A DNA stretch of 63,686 nucleotides, filler included, from Phoronis australis (taxonomy: Eukaryota > Animalia > Phoronida): the NCBI GenBank assembly GCA_002633005.1. It is 7 parts of 7 records of this genome, joined end to end, with 100 filler letters (N's around TTAATTAATTAA, not from the genome) between each part and the next. Parts side by side here need not be neighbours in the genome. Positions count along the whole stretch, not along the records: positions 35,234 to 46,790 come from NMRA01001475.1; positions 46,891 to 53,634 come from NMRA01002123.1; 5 more parts are not named here. One strand, given 5' to 3'. Below the pieces are notes generated by a model that did no database searches, was not told the DNA's origin, and saw nothing but the letters and a program-made list of their open reading frames with translations. The translations under genes were made by a program, and so were the position numbers. Shown here piece after piece: positions 41,164 to 53,734 of the stretch (its first letter is position 1; each line of letters opens with the position of its first letter).

Positions 41164-41529
41164 AATATTCGAAAACACAAAAGAAACAGCAAATAGATTT
41201 GATACAACATCAACATTGTTCTTCTGTATATGTTTAATATCACCAGTCCATCCTCCCTTTACCAGTGAGCCATCGAAGAAGATATATAATCATTATGAGA
41301 AACAATTATTTACGACAATTTAACTAATCCCTGCCTTAGTGTTTCCAACCCAATTACAAATTATAATAATAATAATAATAATAAAGCAATGATTATATAC
41401 CAGACTCATTTAAAACATTAAAAACTGTACCTGTATATGAAAACAAAGACTTAATAAGATCTAAATAGTTACAGTTGAGATACATGCACTCTACCTACTA
41501 TACCAACTCTCAGTATAAACCTTGCTCAA

Positions 41530-42200
41530 TCTTTATCGGCGAAGCTTTCGATACCATAGATCGTGCAAAGATCTTGCACAGTCTCAACGGAATTCACAAA
41601 ACCCAGTAAAACTGGTTCCAAAACAATTTTAAAAATGGGAAACATTCTGTCTCTATTGAAAACAAATCTTCTTCACTATGCATTAAAAAGATGTGCCTCA
41701 AAGTGCTATCCTTCACCTTCTTCTTTTGTTACTCTGTCTTTGTTTTTGTTAAAACTTCGACCTTCGTTTTTATCCTGCTGACACTTGCATCATCTCTCCA
41801 TTCAAATTTTCCAAGAACTTACACGACGACAATATCAATACCAAGTTCTCTGAAATAAACTACTGATTCATAGTAAACAGACTATCATACAGGATTGTCC
41901 ATTATCCTCCGAATGATATAAAATCAACCCCGTCAAGTTCCAACAATCAAAATAATGAACAAGACTCTAACCTCCTAGTGCATATTTGACTTTTAAAAGC
42001 AACCATACAATAATGATATGGAATGCACACGTTCAAGAAATAGGAAATAAAATTTCAAAATCAACGGTGTTAAATAAAAAAATTCTTTTTCCAGTATACA
42101 CTGTAGATCTACTCTATAAAACGTGGACTCTTGCCTACATATTCTAAGTTATCTCGTCCTGTGGTTGCAATGATGCTTCTTACAATACTGATCTTACATT
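41530..42200 (+). mobile_element. Decayed CR1/L2 reverse transcriptase fragment
   Basis: Translates with stops and frameshifts to EAFDTIDRAKILHSL..WFQNNFKNGKHSVSI..VPQSAILHLLL (KAFD and GVPQGS motifs). Confidence 0.6.
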
Positions 42201-42579
42201 GGCAAATGTATTAGCAGATTAGCTGTATTCTTTTTCTCTCCCCTTCCCCCNNNNNNNNNNNNNNNNNNNNNNNNNNNNNNNNNNTCCCTCCTACATTCTG
42301 TGATAACGCTCAACGGCTCCCTCCTCACTCCTCTCTGCCGAAATGCTCAAAGTTTACTGGTTCCATAATAAATCTGTCGCGGATCAGTAAATTTTTACCT
42401 GTCGAGTTGTATTTTAAGAAGATCATAAATGATTTTTTTTTTGAAACTAAAGCGCTCAATTTCATACGAACATATGCATAAATAAAAGAGCAGTGGGTAA
42501 ACGAACTCCGCATCATACATGACGTACGCGTGTACAAGGCTTTCACTCTGTAGAAGATCACATGAAACAATCTGTTCAT

Positions 42580-44970
42580 TTAAAACAGCAAAAATGCTTT
42601 TTCCATGCTGTCGAAGTATTTTGAATCAACAAGAAATCGACATAATTTATTGATCGCCCCACGTCTTGATTCGTCTGACGTCATCACGATGAGAACCGGA
42701 TCTAGATACGTAGGTTTTTCATACATCATTTCTGTCATAGTTTTCGGTCCTGGGTTCGCCATCCTGACATCATAGCCTTTAGCATTTGATAACATGTGAC
42801 CGTACGCTGTTTTCAACTTGTCTGTTCGCCTAAGCAAATCGAAGTAATAGGCAGCCACGTGTGCTTTGGGCTCAATCTTTAACTCATCGGAAGAAAGATT
42901 TATGCCACAGCGGAGCTTTGCATTGATGACACCAGTATCATTGCCGTACGCTACTTCAAGTAATGAACACATAGTACTGCCTGAAGGACGTGGGTTGATT
43001 TCGATTAACCTTGGCGAGGCGTTACTTTTGTCACGGATAAAATCGACGTTGTACACCCCGTGGCGAAGACCGACCGCTAGAGAGCACTGATAGGAAGCTT
43101 CAACCAATTCTTCGTCCACCTTTGCTGAATTGTCACCAGGGATGGTGACAGAAGTGTTCCAAAAATCCGGTAGTGGGGCAGGGCCTCTCTTAACAATGAA
43201 GCCGCCAACAAGTTTTCCTCGGGAAATCACCACGTCAACTGAATATTTGTCACCTTTCAGGTATTCCATCACAAGCACCTGATAAATAAAGAGTACCTTT
43301 AGTACGCGACTCGATATTCGCTAAGTAGTAGCATTGAAGAAAGGTACCTCGGTTAACATCTGGATAGTTTATACCAAGAAGCATGGGAGCATTCGTGTTG
43401 CCGTGTCTCGTGAGATTATCAGAATAGTCGTGGCATTTCTATTGGCATGACTCTTACTCCACTAGGAGCATCTAACAAATTTCGAGTTTCCCGTTTTGAG
43501 TTTTTATACTGGACTTCCAATAAGAGGTCACTGAGCTGCATACGCAAAAATTTCTCAATAAAATTCTTCTAAACGTTTTAAACCACCAGTAAGTTCGTTT
43601 GTGACTTGTTAGCTGAGTCAGTTTGAGAGGAATGTTTGCCTATGAAAACAGTGAGAAACAAAACGTGTTCACACCGAATTACCTTTTTACAGTTGCTAAG
43701 GAGTGTTTGCTAATTACGCATTCATCACCACCCTAAAGCACAAACAAGAGCAATGCGGAGCGTTGAAATGTGCCCACGAATGCACCGCAAACGGTGTGCT
43801 TCTAGGGATGTTTATTTGGATCATAAAAATGGCCGCTAGATGACGCAAAATATGTCAAAACCGTCCGAAAACTGATATTTGTAATCAAAGCTATCTACCA
43901 AATTTCCTAAAAATCCGTCGAGGAACTTATGAAAAACCGAGGAAAACGAAAAAAGAAATGAAATTGCCACTAGGAGGCTATGGGCTCAAAAAACATAACA
44001 CAACCTCGAATTCGGATGAAGGCGTCACCTCACTAATTGATGCCTGTCTGTCAAATTTCATGAAAATCCGTTGAGGACCTTTGAAGATACAGAGGTAAAG
44101 GTAAAAAACTAAAATTGCCTCTAGGGGGCACAACCGTAGTCCGAACCGTCTGAAAGTCGTCGTCCTCTTTTGTCAACTTTACACAAATACATCTACAAAT
44201 TAAATAAAGATCCTGTAAAGCGTTTAGGAGATGGAGCCATGAGCGTAACAACAAACAAAACTGCCAATAGGAGGCACCACAGTTGTCGAAATCGTCGGAT
44301 AATCATCGTCAGACGCCCTCTTCACATTAAGAACACATATGCCAATTTTCAAAATCATCCCTAATTTAGAACGGGTTGGTTGATGGAAGGGCGGACGTGA
44401 TAAAACAGAATCCAAAATAGTAAAAATGGCCACTAGGTGGCGCAAAGTACCTCGACTCCGTAGATGCGCAACTGCTAAATTTTATGAAAATCCGTTGAGG
44501 ACCTCTGGAGATACAGAGGTAAGCATAAATTGCCACTAGGGGGCACACCGGTAGTCGGAGAGGTCCAAAATTCGTAGTTATCTGTCGTAAGCTTCATAGA
44601 AACACATCTGCCGAATCTCATCAAGATCCTGGGAGGGTTTAGTAGTTTAGATACAGCTGCAGACGCCGGACGACGGACAGGCGTCCACACAGACATGACG
44701 GCAGTATGCAACCACATATAAATATGTGGACGCAAACAAATCAAATCTTACCGACTGACTGTATGCCACTTTTTCAAGCACATCTGTCCCAGATTCCATA
44801 CGAGTGACAAGTTCACCAAAGTAATTTAAACAGCTGTCCATGTCGTAGAGAACCTTGCAGCCAATAGAACCACTTCCACACAGAGGCTTCATGACAACAG
44901 GAAACGTTAATTTGGTTAATGCTGCCAACAGTTCTTTCTGGGTGTTTACAGAGTAGCTAGGCACGCCATA
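42580..44970 (-). CDS. Carnosine synthase 1-like ATP-grasp amino-acid/peptide ligase, last two exons
   Basis: Exon 44970-44752 (YGVPSYSV...FPVVMKPLCGSGSIGCKV..., 219 nt, phase 0) spliced to exon 43278-42580 (VLVMEYLKG...VDVV...GLRHGVYNVD...PRLIEINPRPSG...stop). These are ATP-grasp motifs in CARNS1 order. Upstream exons not found. Confidence 0.85.
43742..44742. mobile_element. Helentron/HINE-like repeat in the ATP-grasp gene intron
   Basis: aaacaagag start; repeated cores aaattt(c/t)atgaaaatccgttgaggacct; gacg(g)acag microsatellite; terminal hairpin ccacatat-aa-atatgtgg. Confidence 0.55.
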
Positions 44971-46324
44971 CTGTAAAAAATGAGAATGGAAAACAGAGAT
45001 ATCTCAATGACAAAATTGGAGAGAGACGGTTACGGTCATCCGATCCGGGCCTGCTGAATGAAGTTGTGTTGGGACTGCTGGCTGTCTAGACACAGCTTAT
45101 AGCTAAAATCAATCTCCTCTGTTCACCGAATTACAGTCACTATATAGTCCTGGTGTAAGAAATGGATACTGTCTAAAAATTATTGGTAGCACAAGGTTTT
45201 CTGGATTATTCATCTCTATGTGCCTCTCTTAAGAGTTTTAGCTGAGTTGTAATCTTAACAGCCTTAAAAAGGTTTTAAATATGCAAACTAAGGCCACTGT
45301 TAGGCAAAAATCGTGTTTTTTTGATAACGTTCTCAGCAAGCACTCCAAGTAAATTATTTTTATGTTTTCGCCCATGTAATTATGGCCAGTTCATTTAGTG
45401 GACGTACTTTGGAGGCGGATATTTTGAGAATTTACATACATTACGCAAACTAAGGCGATCATTAATGAAAATCCTACTAGTGCTCATAGCTGCAGAATCA
45501 GGCACCACAGGTCTAAGTATTGATGTTTGCACCCATGTTTATGTAGACAGTAGGCCCTTTCCCATACAGTACCTCCACTACTATTGAAACATCCAATTAA
45601 ATGTGGTAATTCCGTGAAGTTAAGGGCTAGTGTTGCCATCTGCCTCGGAATCACTCAGAAAACTAGTTCAGCGAAATTATGCCTTCTGTTCTTGACCTTC
45701 CATCAAAAATGGTAAGAACCTCTCCCTAAACGATAACTAGAACGTTAATGATGACGATATAGTAGAAGATGATAATTGCTAAAAAAAACTCGATTCTTGA
45801 GTACGTTAACAGTTGATCCGAACAACGTATAGCGGGAACTCGTTGTGCGTACACTATACGTTAATTTTTTTAATATAACGAATCCAACAAATACATTGAT
45901 CAATTGAAACAAAATGCTGATACTGACGAAAAAATAATTATTAGACCAAAATATCAACAATTAACTGCCGCTGTTGTGAAACTCATCGACCCCTGCCGAA
46001 AACTCCGATGGCATCGAAGTTATGTTCCCCATTGAAGTGAAGTCGACGCTTCGCTGTTAAATCCAGCTCTTTTTCACTCGGGCGTTAACTCGCTCTGTTA
46101 ACGTCGATTCAAAACCAAAGTCAAGCGTTCCCAATGGGAATGGCCTTAGTGAATTCAATGAAATAAGTTAACAAGTTGTTGCATGATAATTTTGCACAAT
46201 TTATGCGAATAAAGGATGTCATTATTTAAAATTCTCTTTCTGCTCATAACCTCTGAGGGCACTACATGTAGATTTGCACCTATGTTTTTTGTGGTCAATG
46301 AATATAATGAGGTCAGCTTGCAGG

Positions 46325-46396
46325 TCATGGCCGGATTCGAACCCGGACCTCAAGAATTTCGAGCCGCCGATTTTACCACTACACCACTCAGCGGCT
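46325..46396 (-). pseudogene. tRNA-derived sequence (SINE head or tRNA pseudogene)
   Basis: Minus strand: A box TGGTGTAGTGG, B box GGGTTCGAATCC with T-stem ccggg/tccgg; anticodon and acceptor stems are poor. Confidence 0.5.
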
Positions 46397-46890
46397 GACG
46401 TCATCAAACGTGAAAATAGAATACTTAAAGTCCTTCTTGCAAACTGCCCATATGGTTCCAGTATCCGAAAATACTTACTACATAAATTCTTATTTTCGAT
46501 ACCCTTTCTTTATATTCTTTTCGCCTTTCTTGCCAAAAGCGATTTTTTAACAGTATTTGACCCTTCTCTCTGAGCGTATGATTACCGGTTGTCATCGGTT
46601 ATTTCCGTACCCACATTTCCGGCTCATCAGTCCAGGAACTTGTCCTGAACGCCGCCATTTTTTCCTTGTAACTGAATGTGCTATGGCTTGCTCGAAAAGT
46701 CTTCATTATTTTGTTTTATTAGTAATATATCGTGATTCGTTTGCATATGTAGTGTATTTATAGTTTGTAGTTAGTGGTCGTTGATTTTTTNNNNNNNNNN
46801 NNNNNNNNNNNNNNNNNNNNNNNNNNNNNNNNNNTTAATTAATTAANNNNNNNNNNNNNNNNNNNNNNNNNNNNNNNNNNNNNNNNNNNN

Positions 46891-49800
46891 GCCAGTAGAG
46901 TTCGGTGGAAGCCGTTAAAGGCCAGTGGAGGACCCTGGAGGCCAGTAGAGGACAGTGGTGATCATTGTAGACCATTGGAGACAACTTGGGGCATGAGGAG
47001 GCCAGTGGAAATTACTGGAGGCCAATGGAGACCAGTGGAGACCAGTGGGGATCAGTAATTGCCAGTGGAGGCCATTGAAAGCCGGAGGTGCCCAGTGGAG
47101 GCCAGTGGAGGCCAGTGGAGACTAGTGGAATCCATTGGAGGCCAATCGAAACAGAAGAGGACAGTGGAGGCCAGTATAGGCCAATGGTGACCAGTGGAGG
47201 CTAGTGGAGGCCATTGGAGGACAGTGGCGTCTAGTGGTGGTCAGTGGAGGCCAGTGGAGACCAGTGCAACCTAGAGGACGCCGTTGAAGGCTAGTGCAGG
47301 CCCGTCTAGGCCAGTGGAGGAAAGTGGAGGCCATTGGAGGCCTGTGGAAGAGAGTGGAGGCCAGTGGACGCCAGAGGAGGACACTGGAGGGCAGTGGAGG
47401 CCGGAAGAGGCCAGTGGAGACAAGTGGAGGTCAGTGGAGACAGTGGAGGCCAGTGGAGCGCAGTGGAGGACAGGGGACGCCAATGGAGGGCAGAGGATGC
47501 AAGTGGAGACCAGTGGACGCTAGTGGAGGTCAGTGAAAGCCAGTGGAGACTATTGGAGACCCGTGGAGGCCAGTGCAGTCCGGTTTAGGTCAGTGAAGGC
47601 CAGTGGGGGCCAGTGGAGGCCACTGGACGCCAGTGCAGGGCAGTGGAGGACACTGGAGACCAATAGAGGCAAGTGGAGGCCAGTGGAGGCTAGTGGTGGG
47701 CAGTGGAGGCCAGTGGATGCCGCTGGAGGCCATTGGAGGCCATTGGATGCCAGTGTAGTGCAATGGAGGCCAGTGGAGGCTAGTGGAGGATAATGGAGGC
47801 CAGTGGAGTCCATTGGAGGCAAGTGGAGGCGTGTGGAAGCCAGTGGAGGCGAATGGAGGCGAGTGAAGGCCAATGACTGCCGCTGGAGGGGAGTGGAGGT
47901 TAGTGGAGACCACTGCAGGCCCGTGCAGTCCAGTGGAGGCCAGTGGAGGCCAGAGGAGGTCTGCAGAGGCCAAGGAGGCCAGGGGATGTAGGCGGGGGCC
48001 GGTGGAAGCCACGGGAGCCCAGTGGAGGGTAAGTAAGGCCTCTGGAGGCCTGTGGAGGCCACTGGAGGCCAGCGGAGGTTTGCGGAAGCCAGTGCGGCTA
48101 GCCGATGCCAGTAGAGTCCAGCGAAACATACTGGAGACCGGTGAAGGCGCCGGAAAGCCCGTGTAGGCCATTGAAAGCAAGAAGAAGCGAGTGGCGGCCA
48201 ATGGAGACCTGTGGAAGCAAGTAGACGCCAGTGGAGGCCAGTGAAGACCAGTGGTGGCCAGTGGAGTCTATTGGAATGCAGTGGAGGCCAGTGGAGGCCA
48301 GTGGAAACCAGTGGAGGCCAGTAGAGGCCAGTGGTGGCCAGTGGAGGCCAGTGGTGGCCAGTGGAAGCCATTGGAGGCCAGTGGAAGCCACTGGAGGCTA
48401 GTGGAAGCCAGTAGAGGACAGTGGAGGCCGGGGGGAGGGCTTTGGAGGCCAATGCAGGCCAGTGGAGGCCAGTGGAGATCGGTGAAGACCACTTGAGACC
48501 AGTGGAATCAAGTGGAAGCCAGTGCACTCCAGTGGAGGCCAGTGGAGTCCATTTGAGGCCGGTGGAGGCCAGCGTAGGCCAGCGGAGGCCCGTTGAAGCC
48601 ATCGGAGGCCAGTGGAGGTCAGCAAAGGCAGCGGGAGCCAGCGGAGACCAGTGGAGTCCACCGGATTTAGGCGGAGGCCAGCGGAGGCCACGGGAGTCTA
48701 GTGTAGGCTACTGGAGGCACTGGAGACCAGTGGAGAAAATTGGAGGCCATTGGAGGCCAGTAGAGGTCAGTGGAGGCCAGTAGAGGCCAGTGGAGGCTAG
48801 TAAAGGCCAGTGGAGGACAGTGGTGGCTTGTGGAGGCCTGTGTAAGCCATTGAAGACCAGTGGAGTCCAGTTGATGCCGGCGGAGGCCTTTTTATTTACT
48901 GCGAGAGGGTCAGAGGGCCGAGGAATGGAAGGGCGTCGATTTTAACGGTTGGATTTTCGGCGATAGACGTTTCAATTGAGGAGTCGGAATCTCAAGAAAA
49001 TTTGCGGTTTTTCCGGTTAGGGCAAAGTCGTGGAAAGTTTTATGCCGATTAACGAAACCTCAACCGTTGAGAGTCGGGTTTTTTCTTTTTATCTACTGCG
49101 AGAGGGTCAGAGGGCCTAGGAATGGAAGGGCATCGATTTTAACGGTTGGATTTCCGACAATAGACGTTTCAATTGAGCAAGCGGAATCTCCGGAAAATTC
49201 GCGGTTTTTCGGGGCAATGTCGTGCAAAGGTTTGCACCGATTTACAAAATTCAACCGTTGAAAGTTTAGTTTTTCTCTTTGTCTACTGAGGGAGGACCAA
49301 AGGAGCAAGGAATGGAAGGGTATTGATTTTTAATTGTTGAGTTTCCGGTAATAGACGTTTCAAGTGAGGAGGCGGAATCTCCGGAACTTCGCGGTTTTTC
49401 GGGGTAGGACAAAGTCGTGCAAAGTTTTGTGCCGACTGACGAAAACGCAACCGTTGGAAGTCGGGGTTTTTCTTTTTATGTAGTGAGGGAGGGCCAGAGG
49501 ACCTAGGAATGGAAGGGAATCGATTTCTAACCGTTGGATTTCGGGCAATAGACGTTTCAATTGAGGAAGTGGAAGCTCCGGAAAATTCGCGGTTTTTCGG
49601 GGTAGGGAAAAGTCGTGCAAAGTCTTGCGTCGATTGACGATAACTCAACCATTGAAGTCGGGTTTTTTTCTTTTTGTCTACAGAGGACCTAGGAATGGAA
49701 CAACATCGACTTTTAACGGTTGGATTTCCGGCAATAGACGTTTCAATTGAGGAGGCGGAATCTCCGGAAAATTTGCTATCCGTGGAGGCCAGTGAAGTCC

Positions 49801-50215
49801 AATGGAAACCAGTGGAGACCCGTGTTCGCGCAGAGGCCAATGGAGGTGAGTGGAGGGCACTAGAAGTAAGTAAAGGCCATTGGAGGCCAGTGGAGCCAAG
49901 TGGAGGCCAGTCGAGGACAGTGGAGGAAACTGGAGGCCTGTGAATTCCAGAGGAGTCTCGCGAAGACCACTGGAGGCCAGCTAAGACGAGCGGAGGCTAG
50001 CGGAGGCCAGTGGAGGCCACGGGAGCCCAGTGGGGGCTACTGGAGGCCAGTGGAGGCCAGCGGAGGTCAGCGGAGGCTAGCGGAGGATACTGGAGGCCAC
50101 TTCGAGGCGACGGGAGGCTCGTGGAGGCCAGTGGTGGCCAGCGGAGGCCAGTGGAGGCCAGTGGATGCCAGTGAAGGCAAGTAGACGCCAGTGGAGGCTA
50201 GTGGAGACCAGTGAA
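46891..50215. repeat. 10-bp minisatellite (CCAGTGGAGG)n enclosing a ~190-bp satellite block (48890-49775)
   Basis: Hundreds of degenerate gccagtggag units; internal units marked by aggaatggaa at 48921, 49118, 49308, 49506 and 49691. Confidence 0.9.
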
Positions 50216-52014
50216 AATGTCGAGTGTTCGTAGCTGATAAAAATATTTGCAGCATAGTGTACTTTTTCACAGGCGTTCGAATCGCATACGAGAGAACCAT
50301 GGTGACAACTCATAGAGAGAGAAACAAGAGAGAAGTTGATAAACATACTGAGTTTATTATACGCTAAATGTAAAATACAAAGCTATACAAACTTACAACA
50401 CATCATTAGCTTCCGTCGACATTGTACCCTCACTAGGTTTGGAACGGTTCCCAAATCACCTAAGTCAGTTCACAAAGTTGAGTAATGAAAAAATTGTAAA
50501 TTAAAGTAAAAGCTAAAATTCGAGAAGCTGAGACTCTAACCCGATAGTAGCGAGACCCAATAGAGTTAAAAAGTTGAGATTTTTACCAGATAGAAATGAA
50601 ACCCGGTAGAATCCGAAGTTTGAGCATGAGGTGCCCATTTTTAAAGGCGTATTCGCACTGCGAATGTTCCAAGTTGCGCTAAATTAGGGGACTCAAGATA
50701 AACGTAAAAACCAATCAAAATACAAAGTGAAAATTTCGTCATCGGAAGTGCCAAATAAGGAATTGACCATCTTAAACCCCTCTAAAATATACGGGCAAAT
50801 CACAATTAAGGTCCATATTCGGTGGCCACTTTTGGTGAAAAATGAAGATTGTAACATAACTGTAAAAGCTAATTTATTATAAAGTACCATCATTCCAGGT
50901 TTACAATCTAAAATATTTTTGCACAGAGAACCACCAAATAAAATTTTATGGCCTAATGCATCACAGTTGTATGTAAGGGTACGTACACTACAACTTGCGG
51001 TCAAAGCCCGCTTCTATCATGCAAAAATTCATAAGGCAGCTGTTAATTTAATAGGTTTTTGATCAAATTGAAGAAGTATCACATACTAAAGTAAAAAAAA
51101 AAATTATTACCGTGCTGATCAAGTATCTACTTTTTTCAAAAACTTTATTGGTGCTTTTTGCCTAGTTTTCAACACATTCACCAGTTGGTCAAAATAGTTA
51201 AAACAATGCTAGGCCCAGTACTCAACTTCTAAACAATAAAAAATGGTACTGGTTAGGGGGTACGTGCACTACGCACAGTCAATCAATGTCAAATTTTGAC
51301 TAAGGTATGGGATGATCTCGAGTTTTGTGCTGCCTCTACTAGATGTTTTGTTGCAAGCTGTCTTGAGAAACAGAGAACCTGACTCTGCAACACCAGTTGT
51401 CACATGACGAGTCTTCCAGGATGTTACTAGCCAAGTCCAGTGCTGCATTTTATTGCCCACAAATTTGATAATCGTACACTACATTTTAATGACTTGTCAG
51501 GTCTAGGTTTATAAAAAACACTTAGAATCTACTGAAAGTTAGTTCATATACCAAATCTACTCAAAGAGAACAAATAAAAGGTACAGCATACATGTGCATA
51601 TCTGTCTGTCATTCTTTGAAAACAGGCACACGTTAAATTTAGGGTTACGTACACTACACAAATGCTAATACATCACTTAAAACAAATGTATTTGTAATTA
51701 GCATCCTTTTAAGCTAGCATTTTTAATGGAGAGAACTGTCTGTGACAAATATTGCTTACTTACCGTGTAATATTTTTGTTTCATGGAATTTGTTCACATC
51801 GGGGTACGTACACTAAACAGGGGTACGTACAATACATTTTAATGACGAGTCAGGTTTGTAACTAAATACTAAGAATGTACTGAGAGTTAGTTGATTTACT
51901 AAATAAATACAAAGGGAAAAAAATTAAAAGCACAGCATTCATGTGCATATCTGCCATAAGATCTCCATGATAGCAAGTAACAGCATATGTTCACGAAAAC
52001 AACAACGGATTTAA

Positions 52015-52062
52015 AACTTGACATGTTTCGGTGTCATTTATTAAACACCATCCTCAGAAGTC
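52015..52062 (-). ncRNA. Minimal type I hammerhead ribozyme, inverted copy
   Basis: Exact reverse complement of 53114-53161. Confidence 0.85.
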
Positions 52063-53113
52063 ATAATACAGTGGCCACCTAGCTAGGCCCAGCAACAAGT
52101 AATGAAGCACAGATACAGTCAGTTACAGGGAGTGACAATGAACTATACCAACAATGACAACCTGTGGTGTGTCAGTACCCTATGTTGGGTTTTACGCCAA
52201 AATTGCTCAACAAGTACTTTAAAATACCCTATGTTGGGTTTTACGCCAAAATTGCTCAACGAAAACTCAACAAATTGGTGAATGATTACTGTGTGAACTT
52301 AAGAGTTGTATTAACATTCAAGTCTCTAAAACTGTCGAGTTTATTTAACCCTAAGGACAAAATTTCTATGGGTCTACGGTCCAAGGTTGTATACAAATTT
52401 ATCTGTGCTGGATGTGGCTCCAGTTATATAGGCGAAACTGTTCGCCATTTGAAAACCAGGACCAAGGAACATCTAAATTCTGACAGTAATTCACATGTAA
52501 ATATTCACCTGCAGAGCTCCAATCATTGTTATCAGCAGTGCTCTTTCAATGACTTTGCAATAATAGACCAGGCAGTAACAACAAAGGAGCTTAAAATTCG
52601 TGAGGCTNNNNNNNNNNNNNNNNNNNNNNNNNNNNNNNNNNNNNNNNNNNNNNNNNNNNNNNNNNNNNNNNNNNNNNNNNNNNNNNNNNNNNNNNNNNNN
52701 NNNNNNNNNNNNNNNNNNNNNNNNNNNNNNNNNNNNNNNNNNNNNNNNNNNNNNNNNNNNNNNNNNNNNNNNNNNNNNNNNNNNNNNNNNNNNGTTCGCC
52801 ATTTGAAAACCAGGACCAAGGAACATCTAAATTCTGACAGTAATTCACATGTAAATATTCACCTGCAGAGCTCCAATCATTGTTATCAGCAGTGCTCTTT
52901 CAATGACTTTGCAATAATAGACCAGGCAGTAACAACAAAGGAGCTTAAAATTCGTGAGGCTTTACATATCAGTTGGTGCAAGCCCAATCTCAATAGGCAA
53001 CTGACACACCACAGGTTGTCATTGTTGGTATAGTTCATTGTCACTCCCTGTAACTGACTGTATCTGTGCTTCATTACTTGTTGCTGGGCCTAGCTAGGTG
53101 GCCACTGTATTAT

Positions 53114-53161
53114 GACTTCTGAGGATGGTGTTTAATAAATGACACCGAAACATGTCAAGTT
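53114..53161 (+). ncRNA. Minimal type I hammerhead ribozyme (Penelope pLTR)
   Basis: gactt-CTGAGGA-t-ggtgt(loop)acacc-GAAA-catg-TC-aagtt: stem I, core, stem II, palindromic stem III (acatgt) and a GUC cleavage triplet at 53154-53156. Confidence 0.85.
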
Positions 53162-53734
53162 TTAAATCCGTTGTTGTTTTCGTGAACATATCTGCCATAC
53201 TTTTAAAATAGGCACAAATTAAAATATAGGGATACGTACACTAGACGAATGCTAATATTTCACTCGAGACAAATGTCTTTGCAATAAACATCCTTTTAAC
53301 TTAACAATTTTAAGAAAAGAAACTGTCTATGACCAATGTTGCTCACTTACCAGGTGATATTTTAATTTCATTGCATTTGTAAACATGGGGGTACGTACAC
53401 TACATCACTGTTTCTGCATCACGTGGTAACATAATGTTGTATGGCCATTTATTTTTCTTTGATGATAATAAGCACCATGTTGTTATTTAAAAGGTAACAA
53501 TTTCATTTGCAATGACCATTTGTGTTACTGAATTCCACATGGGGGTACGTACACTACATTTTTTAGCTTTTTTGGCCCATTTTCAACATAGCAGAACCCA
53601 GTCAATATCCAAACTTTTGGTTTGTTTAGATATTNNNNNNNNNNNNNNNNNNNNNNNNNNNNNNNNNNNNNNNNNNNNTTAATTAATTAANNNNNNNNNN
53701 NNNNNNNNNNNNNNNNNNNNNNNNNNNNNNNNNN

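Larger units (their letters stand above)
51985..53191 (+). mobile_element. 5'-truncated Penelope-like retroelement (GIY-YIG endonuclease) with inverted 192-bp terminal repeats
   Basis: ORF to 53033 has IPYVG...VVYKFICAGCGSSYIGETVRHLKTRTKEH...LKIREALHI...PNLN. 51985-52176 is the exact reverse complement of 53000-53191. catatctgccata is duplicated at 51946-51958 and 53187-53199. Confidence 0.92.
50900..53630. repeat. Complex repeat with recurring ggggtacgtacactac motif (host of the Penelope insertion)
   Basis: Motif recurs at ~50978, 51256, 51642, 51801, 51820, 53229, 53387 and 53541, with longer paralogous blocks. Confidence 0.6.

Noticed and set aside
47122-50346. Long ORFs (up to 350 aa) of WPPLASTGLH / WRPVEASGGQ repeats
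   Set aside because: By-product of a stop-poor 10-bp minisatellite that is open in many frames on both strands; frequent frameshifts.
52440-52961. Apparently duplicated GIY-YIG segment in the Penelope ORF
   Set aside because: Identical sequence on both sides of an N gap, i.e. overlapping contig ends.
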